Source of the DNA: a virus
IMG/VR virus record: IMGVR_UViG_3300014202_000331
Strand: one strand, 5' to 3'
DNA: 43,339 nucleotides
A program made the translations under genes and the position numbers. This document shows positions 33,911 through 41,192 of this stretch, one piece after another; positions within the stretch are counted from its first letter, which is position 1, and each line of letters opens with the position of its first letter. The notes under the pieces are model-generated. The model did not search any database, had not been told where the DNA came from, and worked only from the letters and a program-made list of their open reading frames with translations.

Positions 33911-34288
33911 CTACCTCTCTTGTTCTTCCATCACCACCGAGGCCCACACGTGCGGCTCGGTGCCATCGGCGACACGCCAGCTACATGCGACCACGTGCCG
34001 CAACGTGTCGTCGCGTACGATGCGCGCCTTCGTCATCGCATCGAGAACGATCTTCTCGACGTTGTCGCCGTCGCATCTGAGCGGCGGCGCGACCATGACG
34101 ATCTCGACGCTCACGCGCCCGTCGAAGCGCTCGGGCCATTCGGCGGCGATGCGTGCCGCGTCCAGCGCACGACACACGCGGGCCTGGTATTCGACCGTCT
34201 TGCGAGGAGTCGACGTGCCTCGCGTGCTCGAGATGCGCGCGCGGGCCTTGGGTACCGCGGGACCTGGGATGCGGACTTGCAGGATCAT
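33911..34288 (-). CDS. rusA: RusA-family Holliday junction resolvase
   Basis: 125 aa. PKARARIS..., CDGDNVEKIVLDAMTKARIVRDDTL (the D-x-D-N..K...D...DD pattern). ATGA overlap with the upstream gene. Confidence 0.8.
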   Translation of the reverse strand: MILQVRIPGPAVPKARARISSTRGTSTPRKTVEYQARVCRALDAARIAAEWPERFDGRVSVEIVMVAPPLRCDGDNVEKIVLDAMTKARIVRDDTLRHVVACSWRVADGTEPHVWASVVMEEQER

Positions 34289-35328
34289 CGAAGCGCCTCA
34301 TGGATCGCGCCGCTCATGATGAGCCGTCCGATGACTTCGGCGCACTGGGGCACGACGGCGTTTCCGATGGCTCGCAGTCGTCGGTTCCGGTTCGGTCGGG
34401 GGCCTCCGTCGCTCGGCCGGACGCGCGGTCCTCTCGGCACGGCTCGCGGCGACTCCCATTCTCGCGGGGCTTCTGCGGGACCACTAGGCCAGCGGTCCAG
34501 CCAGGCGGGAACCCCATGAGTTCCTCGACCCATGCTGGATTGAGCGCCATCTTGGGACCAGCTCGACGAGCCATCGTCTCGAGCGATGCCTTGCCCTTCA
34601 TTGCGTAACTTCCCCGACCGTCGCCCGGATCGCCGTTGTTCGAGCTCCCGTAGCTCGTCGCTGTCGGCGTAGGCCACTGCGCGACCTGACTCGGGAGGGA
34701 CCACTCTCTGCCAGGCCCCTTCCAGTCCCGAGGCACCGCCGTCGCCGGCCTCCGAACGACCGCATCCGTGAGCGTGGTCCCCGCGTGCTGTCCGGGTTTG
34801 CACTTGTCCGTCATCATCGATCCGCTCGAGCTCGCGTCGCTCGCTGTCGCGGTAGGCCACAACGAAGATCCTCTCTCGCCGGTGTGGTGCTCCGACGTCT
34901 GCGGCAGATAGCTGGATGGCGGCCGAACGGTAGCCGAGAGCTCGCAGGTCGTGCCGCACGTGAGGCAGCCAACGCGCCGCCCCGCTCGCCACGTTCTCGA
35001 CGACGGCCCAGGGGGGGGCGAGCTCTTCGAGGACGCGCCGATACTCTCGCCAGAGCCCTGAGCGCTCGCCTTCGAGCCCGGCTCGCTTGCCGGCGCTGGA
35101 GACGTCCTGACAGGGGAATCCTCCGGCCACGAGTCCCACAGGAGCAAGAGTTGCTTTTCCGGCCAATCGCACATCGTTGCAGCTCCTATCTACGCTCGGC
35201 CACCACCTCGACAGCACCGAGCGGCACCCCTCGTCCTGTTCGACCTGCCACACCACGTGACCCATCCCAGCCCGCTCGAGCCCGAGCTCGAGGCCGCCGA
35301 TCCCGCTGAACAGCGAACCGATCTTCAT
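34285..35328 (-). CDS. DNA (cytosine-5)-methyltransferase; central region apparently out of frame (see findings)
   Basis: ATG 35328 (ATGA overlap). Motif I LFSGIGG, IV GGFPCQDVS, VI VVENV, VIII QLSAADVGAPHRRERIFVVA, X RLRAIGNAVVPQ. The middle of this frame is low-complexity, while frame +1 carries WPTPTA and LNPAWVEELMGFPPGWT. Confidence 0.8.
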   Translation of the reverse strand: MKIGSLFSGIGGLELGLERAGMGHVVWQVEQDEGCRSVLSRWWPSVDRSCNDVRLAGKATLAPVGLVAGGFPCQDVSSAGKRAGLEGERSGLWREYRRVLEELAPPWAVVENVASGAARWLPHVRHDLRALGYRSAAIQLSAADVGAPHRRERIFVVAYRDSERRELERIDDDGQVQTRTARGDHAHGCGRSEAGDGGASGLEGAWQRVVPPESGRAVAYADSDELRELEQRRSGRRSGKLRNEGQGIARDDGSSSWSQDGAQSSMGRGTHGVPAWLDRWPSGPAEAPREWESPRAVPRGPRVRPSDGGPRPNRNRRLRAIGNAVVPQCAEVIGRLIMSGAIHEALR

Positions 35329-35591
35329 CGCAGCACCAACCTTCGCGCCATCTCGCACAGGGGGCACCACCCCCCGGCCTGGTGTCCCTCGAGCTCGCCT
35401 CCGCATGCGTCGCACTGCCCCGGCCGCATCAACGGCAGCTTCACGGGCCTTCGCATTGCATCGACGCGGGCGGCGACAGCCTCGCGAACGCGCGGCTGTA
35501 GCTCAGGTTGCGCCCGTAGCCGAAGCTGCCCCCCGGCGTAGTACGCGCTCGCCCCGTCGTCGCGGAGCGTGCCCCATGTCTCGGGGTTCAT
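35325..35591 (-). CDS. Zinc-ribbon protein
   Basis: 88 aa. CDACGG...CPLC. Confidence 0.5.
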   Translation of the reverse strand: MNPETWGTLRDDGASAYYAGGQLRLRAQPELQPRVREAVAARVDAMRRPVKLPLMRPGQCDACGGELEGHQAGGWCPLCEMARRLVLR

Positions 35592-35610
35592 TGTTGCGCT
35601 ACCCGAACAC

Positions 35611-35632
35611 GATCACTCTTCGAAGTGTGATC
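35611..35632. promoter_or_regulatory. 22-bp near-perfect palindrome GATCACTCTTCGAAGTGTGATC
   Basis: 20 of 22 positions are self-complementary, centred on TTCGAA. Lies in the gap between genes 35631..36011 and 35325..35591. Confidence 0.3.
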
Positions 35633-36011
35633 AAGGCTTGCTCCATTCTTCGGTCACGTGCCGCCAGTTGCGGCAGAACGTGAACCAGGGCCCCTCTTTC
35701 GAGGTGCTCAAGTCCCGAGCGAACACGCTCGAATCGCTGTCGATCAGGTAGAGCACCTTGAGTCGCGCGGTGTTCTGCCACGACTTGCCTCGGCCCTCGG
35801 TACCCTCGATGACGTCGCCGACCGCGAGATCGATCGTGCCCGTCGCGGTGCGGTACGTGCGCCGTGGTCGCGCGTCGGCGGGCTTGGTGGGCTCCGGCTT
35901 TTCGTCTTTGGCCTGCGTCGCAGCCGCCAACGCTGCCAAGTCCGCGTCGGCCAGGACAGCGGCGCGCACGAGCTGACGCGCAAGCCTCCGGGCTTCCTCG
36001 GGCGTCAGCAA
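35631..36011 (-). CDS. Hypothetical protein
   Basis: 126 aa. TTG start in the track; the true start is uncertain. Confidence 0.45.
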   Translation of the reverse strand: MLTPEEARRLARQLVRAAVLADADLAALAAATQAKDEKPEPTKPADARPRRTYRTATGTIDLAVGDVIEGTEGRGKSWQNTARLKVLYLIDSDSSVFARDLSTSKEGPWFTFCRNWRHVTEEWSKP

Positions 36012-36042
36012 GAACTCGTGATTCGTCTCCCAGTCTCCATGT

Positions 36043-36588
36043 TCATGTCCTCCCCTTCGGCTCGGCGTCCTTCTCCAGCGTCACCTTGAACAGCGCGCCG
36101 CTCGCCGTGTGGAAGGCCACGATGCCCTCGGGCCTCATGAAGCCGGGCGCAGCGAAGGAACCGCCCTTGCGGAGCATGCTGAGCGCAGCGCACACCGCGT
36201 CCGTTGGGTCGTCGATAGTCGACCCGATTATCGGCACCACACCGCAGCATGCGGGCCGCTTCTCCGGGTCACTCCAGCGCGATACGTTGAACAGCGAGAA
36301 GCGCCGCTCGCTCAGGCCGTAGCGTCGCTGGATGCCCGCCCCCCACCACTCGCCGTAGTGGTAGCCCGGACCGAGCCGCCGCAACTCGGCGGCGTTCTCC
36401 TCGACCCAGTACGCGAAGCCGAAGTTGTCATCCATCGGCGTGATCCATCGCGTGCGCGAACCGGCTCGCACCGTCTCGCCGTCTTCGCTCACGTGGACCA
36501 CGGCGTTCGTGCCGTCGATCTTCTCGGTGATGATCCACTCGCGATTGAACCGCGCGATCTTCGGGAATGCCTTGAACTCGATCTCCAT
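36043..36588 (-). CDS. ATP-dependent RNA ligase-like nucleotidyltransferase (minimal, about 180 aa)
   Basis: Motif I EKIDGTN, GEWWG, FSLFNV, EGIVAF, LFKV. ATG 36588 has AGGAAG upstream. The alternative GTG 36612 overlaps the helicase stop. Confidence 0.75.
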   Translation of the reverse strand: MEIEFKAFPKIARFNREWIITEKIDGTNAVVHVSEDGETVRAGSRTRWITPMDDNFGFAYWVEENAAELRRLGPGYHYGEWWGAGIQRRYGLSERRFSLFNVSRWSDPEKRPACCGVVPIIGSTIDDPTDAVCAALSMLRKGGSFAAPGFMRPEGIVAFHTASGALFKVTLEKDAEPKGRT

Positions 36589-36608
36589 GTCCGTCTTCCT
36601 CTCTCTCT

Positions 36609-38087
36609 TCACCAGGCGATCTCCGATGCCGCAACCGTTGCAGCATCAACGAACGCTTGCTCCTCGGCGGTCCACTTCGGCCGCTTGTGTCCCTTGGGCG
36701 GCTGTCGGCCCTTCTCGCGCTGCCAGCGGTGCCACACCATGCCCGGCTTGTACGGGTGCAGGCCGCGGCCCATGCGCTCGCGGTTCTCCTCGCGCCAAGC
36801 CTCGACCATCGTATCCCACGCCGCAAGCGCCGCGCTCGGCTTCACGATGCGCGCCGCGTCGACCTCGACAAGCTCGCCCGCGGTCTCGTCCAGGCTCACC
36901 TCGCGCCACGGAAGCTCCGCATCGCACTCGGGGCACACGCGCACGCCCAGCGCCATCACGGCGAAGCACGCCGGGCACATCTTCGCGCACTCGGGATTCT
37001 TGCCCGTGCGGCGCCTCGGCGGATTCAGCTCCCACTCGCGATCGTGGTGCGGGAGCCCGTGCTCGAGCGCGCATCCGGCGTGGTCCAGAATGAGCGCCGA
37101 CACGCCTTGCCACGGTCGCAGGATGCGCCCGGCCATTTGCAGGTACAGCCCGAGAGACTTCGTTGGCCTCGCAAGGATCAGGCACTTCGCCGAGGGCTGG
37201 TCCCACCCCTCCGTGAGCACGCCCACGTTGATGACGATCAGCGTCTCACCTCGTTCGAGCCGCCCCAGGATGGCCGCGCGCTGGTCGGCCGGCGTCGTGC
37301 CGTCGAGATGCTCGGCCGCATGCCCGCGCTCGCGGAAGCGCTCGACGATCTGCTTCGAGTGCTCGACGGTGACCGCGAACCCCACCGTCCGGCGCCCTTT
37401 GGCGTGCTTCTCCCAATGCTCGACGATGTCGCCGACGAGCCGACCTTCGCTCATCACCTCGCCAAGCTGCCGCTGGTCGTAGTCGCCCGCGGTCGTCTTC
37501 ACCCGCGACAAGTCCGGCGCACGGTCGGGCGGCACGCTCAGGACACGCGGCGCCACGAGGTAGCCCTCGGCGACGAGTTGCGACACGGGCGCCGCGAGCA
37601 CCATCGAGTCATAGGCCGCGCCGAGCCCCTTGCCGTCGCCGCGCACGGGGGTCGCGGTGAAGCCTAGGTGTACCGCATCGGGGTGGTCCTCTCGTAGGCG
37701 CTGGTAGCTCTGCGCGAGGGCGCGGTGTGCCTCGTCGACGATGACCAGCGAGCACGGGGCAACCGTGCGAGTGCGCAGGCTGTCGACGCTCGCGACCTGC
37801 ACCAGAGCGCTCGGCCGCCTGCGTCGGTCACCGGCGCGCACGATGCCGATCTCGCCCTCGGGGATGCCGGCGTCGACCAGCTTGCGCGCGGCCTGGTCGA
37901 TCAGCTCGATCCGGTGCGCGACGATCATGCACCGGCGCGAGCGCTCGACAGCGCCTCCAACGATCGAGGAGAAGATCACCGTCTTGCCGCCGCCCGTGGG
38001 CAGAACGCAAAGCACGCTCCGACGCCCGGCGCGCACCTCGCCGCGCAGCCGCTCGATCGCCTGCTCCTGGTAGGGCCTGAGCTTCAC
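36609..38087 (-). CDS. Superfamily 2 DEAH-box helicase with a C-terminal zinc ribbon
   Basis: GTG 38087 in track ORF 36609..38219. LRPYQ, motif I LPTGGGKT, II VIVDEAHRA, III GFTATP. CPACFAVMALGVRVCPEC. Confidence 0.9.
   Translation of the reverse strand: MKLRPYQEQAIERLRGEVRAGRRSVLCVLPTGGGKTVIFSSIVGGAVERSRRCMIVAHRIELIDQAARKLVDAGIPEGEIGIVRAGDRRRRPSALVQVASVDSLRTRTVAPCSLVIVDEAHRALAQSYQRLREDHPDAVHLGFTATPVRGDGKGLGAAYDSMVLAAPVSQLVAEGYLVAPRVLSVPPDRAPDLSRVKTTAGDYDQRQLGEVMSEGRLVGDIVEHWEKHAKGRRTVGFAVTVEHSKQIVERFRERGHAAEHLDGTTPADQRAAILGRLERGETLIVINVGVLTEGWDQPSAKCLILARPTKSLGLYLQMAGRILRPWQGVSALILDHAGCALEHGLPHHDREWELNPPRRRTGKNPECAKMCPACFAVMALGVRVCPECDAELPWREVSLDETAGELVEVDAARIVKPSAALAAWDTMVEAWREENRERMGRGLHPYKPGMVWHRWQREKGRQPPKGHKRPKWTAEEQAFVDAATVAASEIAW
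36637..36650 (-). promoter_or_regulatory. GTTG-N6-CAAC dyad upstream of the RNA ligase gene (inside the helicase 3' end)
   Basis: Minus strand reads GTTGATGCTGCAACGGTTGCGGCATCGGAG, with an overlapping GCAACGGTTGC palindrome. Confidence 0.3.
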
Positions 38088-38164
38088 TCTCCGTCGTCCC
38101 CTTCGAGCTGCGCGATCTTCACTTCGCCGCGCGAGGCGACGACCGTTGCGTGACGCATGCTCAT
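38084..38164 (-). CDS. 26-aa bridging micro-ORF (translational coupling element?)
   Basis: MSMRHATVVASRGEVKIAQLEGDDGE. ATGA overlap with the glycosyltransferase stop and GTGA overlap with the helicase start. Confidence 0.25.
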   Translation of the reverse strand: MSMRHATVVASRGEVKIAQLEGDDGE

Positions 38165-39024
38165 CCGATGGCCCTCTCCAGTGTCTCGAGGTCGTGTGCC
38201 CCATCCTCGCGGAAGCCACGCCTCTCGGGTCCCGTGCCGCGAATCGCGTAGGCCATCCGCAGCCACACGCGCGCCTCGGCGAGCTCGCCCTGCCGCCAGC
38301 GGACCCACGCCGCGAACCAGGGCAACTCGAGCATCCACGGGCAGTGCACGAGCCCCGCTACCAGGTCGACGACCGGATCCCATTCGCCCGAGTCCCACCC
38401 GCAGCGCGCGCCCTTGAACAGCGCCCACCCCGCTTGCTCGCGGTGCCAGTCCGACGACGACTCACGGCGCATCGCAGCGCCGCGGTACCAATGCCGCGCG
38501 GTGTGCCACCTCTCCGCGAGTCGCTCTGTCTCGCCGAGGTAGAATCGCCATCGCATCGAATCCGGGTCGGCCTCGATCTGCATGCTCAGGAGCCCTCGAT
38601 CGCGAACGATCTTGCTCTCGAGGCGCGCCGACGACTTCGGCATTTCGGCGGACCTCACCCCGGGCAACAGCGCCCGCTTCGGAGCCCCCTCGAGGTACTC
38701 ATGGACGAGGCCCACGTAGCGCGCGCCGCTGCCCGCGCGAATCAGCCTCGGCGATCGGTACATGTCGATCGAATCGACGTCGTAGGCATCGATCGACTCG
38801 TCGAGCTCGGGGCGCTCGCCTTCGACGATCAACCGCTCGTCAGCGTCGAGCATGAGCGCCCAGCCCTCGCTCACGAGGCCCAGGCCCCGGTTCCGCAGCT
38901 CGCCGAAGCCCCCGCGCCCGAGTGGGTCGCTCACGCGCACGATGCGGTCGACGTAGCCCGAGCACGACAACTCCGCGTCTGCGGTGCTCTCGTTCGGGGC
39001 GTGCAGAATGATAGCTGTGATCAT
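38161..39024 (-). CDS. Family 2 glycosyltransferase-like protein with a TPR-like C-terminal half
   Basis: 287 aa from ATG 39024 (GAGGAG upstream) in track ORF 38161..39402. MITAIILHAPNE, LMLDADERL (DxD), LVHEYL, then helical-repeat text. Confidence 0.6.
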   Translation of the reverse strand: MITAIILHAPNESTADAELSCSGYVDRIVRVSDPLGRGGFGELRNRGLGLVSEGWALMLDADERLIVEGERPELDESIDAYDVDSIDMYRSPRLIRAGSGARYVGLVHEYLEGAPKRALLPGVRSAEMPKSSARLESKIVRDRGLLSMQIEADPDSMRWRFYLGETERLAERWHTARHWYRGAAMRRESSSDWHREQAGWALFKGARCGWDSGEWDPVVDLVAGLVHCPWMLELPWFAAWVRWRQGELAEARVWLRMAYAIRGTGPERRGFREDGAHDLETLERAIG

Positions 39025-39055
39025 GATTCTCCTCGCTCGATGCGGTCGGCGGTGC

Positions 39056-39661
39056 TCACGCTTCGACCATCCGAAACTCGACGCGCCACACCCACGGGTT
39101 CGCCGCCCACGACGCGGAGCCGTGGATGCTCTCCCAGAGTTTGGCGAAGCCCACTCGGTATGAGGGCAAGCGCGGCCAGCCAGCGGCACAGTCGATGACC
39201 TGCCTCTGGGCTCCCTCCCGCTCTGCGTCGGCCTCCGTGATTTCGTGCAGCCGTTCGCCGCGCACGTCGTCGATCTCCAGCGTGATGCGCGACGCCCAAC
39301 GGGGCATGTGGATCGACGGGCGCCAGCGGCCAGGCGCAGTTCGCTCCCATCCCTCGCGGTAGACTGACCACCACCTGTCGCCCTGGTCGTCCACGTGGAC
39401 ACGGTGCGGGATCGTGTCGTCGTGCCAGTACGCCGAGCACGGCACGATCGCGTGAGCCTCCTTCGCCCACAGCCGGTCTCCCGGCTCTCCGTACGGGCAG
39501 CGAATCCACCCGAGCGGCGAGTCGTGCGGCACTCTGTCGATGCCTTCGGGCGTAAGGCGCCGCGACTGCATCGGCTTCACGAGCCGCCTCGTAACGGTCT
39601 TATGTTTGTTGAGGATGGCGCGGACCATTGGAGCCGAGAACAGGATCGGTCGCTCCTTCAC
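39056..39661 (-). CDS. ASCH (PUA-like) domain protein
   Basis: 201 aa. ILFSAPMVRAILNKHKTVTRR and RPSIHMPRWASR are typical of phage ASCH-like proteins (recalled). Confidence 0.6.
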   Translation of the reverse strand: MKERPILFSAPMVRAILNKHKTVTRRLVKPMQSRRLTPEGIDRVPHDSPLGWIRCPYGEPGDRLWAKEAHAIVPCSAYWHDDTIPHRVHVDDQGDRWWSVYREGWERTAPGRWRPSIHMPRWASRITLEIDDVRGERLHEITEADAEREGAQRQVIDCAAGWPRLPSYRVGFAKLWESIHGSASWAANPWVWRVEFRMVEA

Positions 39662-39816
39662 CGCTCACCTCGCTCGATGCGGTCGATGAGCTCGCCGACC
39701 GCATCGGTCCACCCGATGTTCGCGCGCACGATGGCCGCTGCGACCTGGGGTGACACGCTGTTGCCTACGCAGCGGACCTGGGCGGGGATGGGCAACATCA
39801 CCTCTGCGGGCCTCAT
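39658..39816 (-). CDS. 52-aa ORF resembling the C-terminal motifs IX-X of a C5-methyltransferase
   Basis: MRPAEVMLPIPAQVRCVGNSVSPQVAAAIVRANIGW... ATGA and GTGA coupling to both neighbours. Confidence 0.35.
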   Translation of the reverse strand: MRPAEVMLPIPAQVRCVGNSVSPQVAAAIVRANIGWTDAVGELIDRIERGER

Positions 39817-40187
39817 GACCGCGCGCTCGCGTCGAGCACGGCCTGCACTTTGGGCGCAAGCGCACGCATCTCTCGATGACGCGCGCACTCACACCAGCCG
39901 GAGGTGGGTGCCTCCTGTTGGAGAATACGAGCCACTCGCTCGTACTCGGACTTCGAGCAGGTGACTCTGGAGAGCCAGGCCACCACTTCGGCCGCGGGTC
40001 CTACGACCCACTTGCCGAGGAAGCAGGGATCGCCCTCGGCGATCACTACTGCGATCTCACCCTCTTTTGGGGCGATCTCGCACGCGTAGTCGCGAGGGGC
40101 CATGTAGGCCCTCTCGACAAGGCAGGGCCCGAAGACCACCCTGCCGAACCCGCTTGCGGCGCCGGGCAATGCCCTCACGGTGCTCAT
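39813..40187 (-). CDS. Hypothetical protein
   Basis: 124 aa from ATG 40187 (ATGA overlap with the Cro-like stop). Confidence 0.5.
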   Translation of the reverse strand: MSTVRALPGAASGFGRVVFGPCLVERAYMAPRDYACEIAPKEGEIAVVIAEGDPCFLGKWVVGPAAEVVAWLSRVTCSKSEYERVARILQQEAPTSGWCECARHREMRALAPKVQAVLDASARS

Positions 40188-40396
40188 GACTGCTCTCCTC
40201 GTTGCTCCTCCCACACGATGCCGTAGTGTCGGTGGAGCGCGTCACGGTGCTCCTTCAGCGGCGTCGACACGCCGCGCACCCATCCGTCGACAGCCTGGCG
40301 CGACACGCCGACGGCGCGCGCGATCTCCGTGAGTGTGAGTCGGGGGCGCTCGACCAACTGCGCGAGCGCGTCCCTCCCGAGTGGTGTTTTGGGCAT
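40184..40396 (-). CDS. Cro/CI-type helix-turn-helix transcriptional regulator
   Basis: 70 aa. LTLTEIARAVGVSRQAVDGWVRG. First gene of the minus arm, next to the divergent control region. Confidence 0.8.
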   Translation of the reverse strand: MPKTPLGRDALAQLVERPRLTLTEIARAVGVSRQAVDGWVRGVSTPLKEHRDALHRHYGIVWEEQRGEQS

Positions 40397-40451
40397 GGTT
40401 CAGGAGTGAACTCATCGATTGCGATTGTCAAGTGCCGCCGTGCGCAGGCTC

Positions 40452-40478
40452 GAAAAAAGCTCGCGCGAAACTTTTTTC
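40452..40478. promoter_or_regulatory. Inverted repeat GAAAAAAG-N11-CTTTTTTC
   Basis: 40452..40459 and 40471..40478 are exact reverse complements. Confidence 0.6.
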
Positions 40479-40494
40479 AACAATCGACGACATG

Positions 40495-40515
40495 GCACTT
40501 GCGCGGCGCAAGTGC
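40495..40515. promoter_or_regulatory. 21-bp perfect palindrome GCACTTGCGC-G-GCGCAAGTGC (operator candidate)
   Basis: Arms at 40495..40504 and 40506..40515. Confidence 0.6.
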
Positions 40516-40573
40516 ATGATGCAGTCTGTCTCTCAGAGGCGGACGGGCCGCCGGGGAAGAAGAGGATGACGAC

Positions 40574-40762
40574 ATGGGAACCGCAAATACGACGATCGAT
40601 ATGTTGAGTGATGTTCAGATCAGGGCGCTCCGAGCCGAGGCCGCGGCGGCCGGCGACGAGGCCACCGTGAGCGACTGCGACACCGCGCTTGAGGTGCCGA
40701 CCGCCGAAGGGCCGCGCGCTCGCATCGTGGAGGTCATCCGCAACGCCGAGGCCCAGCGATGA
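40574..40762 (+). CDS. Hypothetical early protein
   Basis: 62 aa. First gene of the plus arm. Confidence 0.5.
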   Translation: MGTANTTIDMLSDVQIRALRAEAAAAGDEATVSDCDTALEVPTAEGPRARIVEVIRNAEAQR

Positions 40763-40923
40763 CCCGCGCTGACTACTCGATCGACATCGACGACGAGCCC
40801 GACACGACCTACGAAGACGAGCGCGAGCTCGAGGACGAGCCCGACACGACCTACGAAGACGAGCGCGCGCTCGACGATGAGTACCGCCGCGACTGCATCC
40901 GCGGCATCCGGAGCGGCGGCTAG
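40759..40923 (+). CDS. 54-aa acidic protein with an internal tandem repeat
   Basis: MTRADYSIDIDDEPDTTYEDERELEDEPDTTYEDERALDDEYRRDCIRGIRSGG. ATGA overlap upstream and TAGTG overlap downstream. Below the track cutoff. Confidence 0.45.
   Translation: MTRADYSIDIDDEPDTTYEDERELEDEPDTTYEDERALDDEYRRDCIRGIRSGG
40792..40867 (+). repeat. 42-bp-period tandem duplication (34-nt identical cores)
   Basis: GACGAGCCCGACACGACCTACGAAGACGAGCGCG at 40792..40825 and again at 40834..40867. Confidence 0.9.
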
Positions 40924-41192
40924 TGCGCCGGCCTATGGCTCTCGGCCCGGAGACGCTCCGAGAGATACTCACCGGCGACGGCGAGACGGGGCCTGCGGGC
41001 TCTTGGCACGACTACAGAGGGACGATCCAAATCACGCACGCCCCGAGCTGGCCGATCGACTCCGAGCGCCCGACGCTGCCCCCGAGCGCGTGCCACCAGG
41101 CGACGCTGCGCCCGCTGGCGATGCCGCCGCAATACCCGGGCGATGACCGAGCGACCGTGCGCCCGGTAGCGCGAGAGGAGCAGGAGCGATGA
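40923..41192 (+). CDS. Hypothetical protein
   Basis: 89 aa, GTG start. Confidence 0.45.
   Translation: MRRPMALGPETLREILTGDGETGPAGSWHDYRGTIQITHAPSWPIDSERPTLPPSACHQATLRPLAMPPQYPGDDRATVRPVAREEQER

Larger units (their letters stand above)
40397..40573. promoter_or_regulatory. Divergent early control region
   Basis: 177 nt between divergent genes and locally AT-richer. Holds CGATTG x2 direct (40416..40427) and one inverted copy (40481..40486), an A6/T6 inverted repeat, a 21-bp perfect palindrome, and TTGACA on the minus strand (40432..40427). Confidence 0.65.

Noticed and set aside
40404-40432. Complete sigma70 promoter for the Cro-like gene
   Set aside because: A perfect TTGACA is present on the minus strand, but the sequence 16-18 nt downstream (TCACTC/CACTCC) is not a credible -10 element. 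Only the -35-like hexamer is reported.
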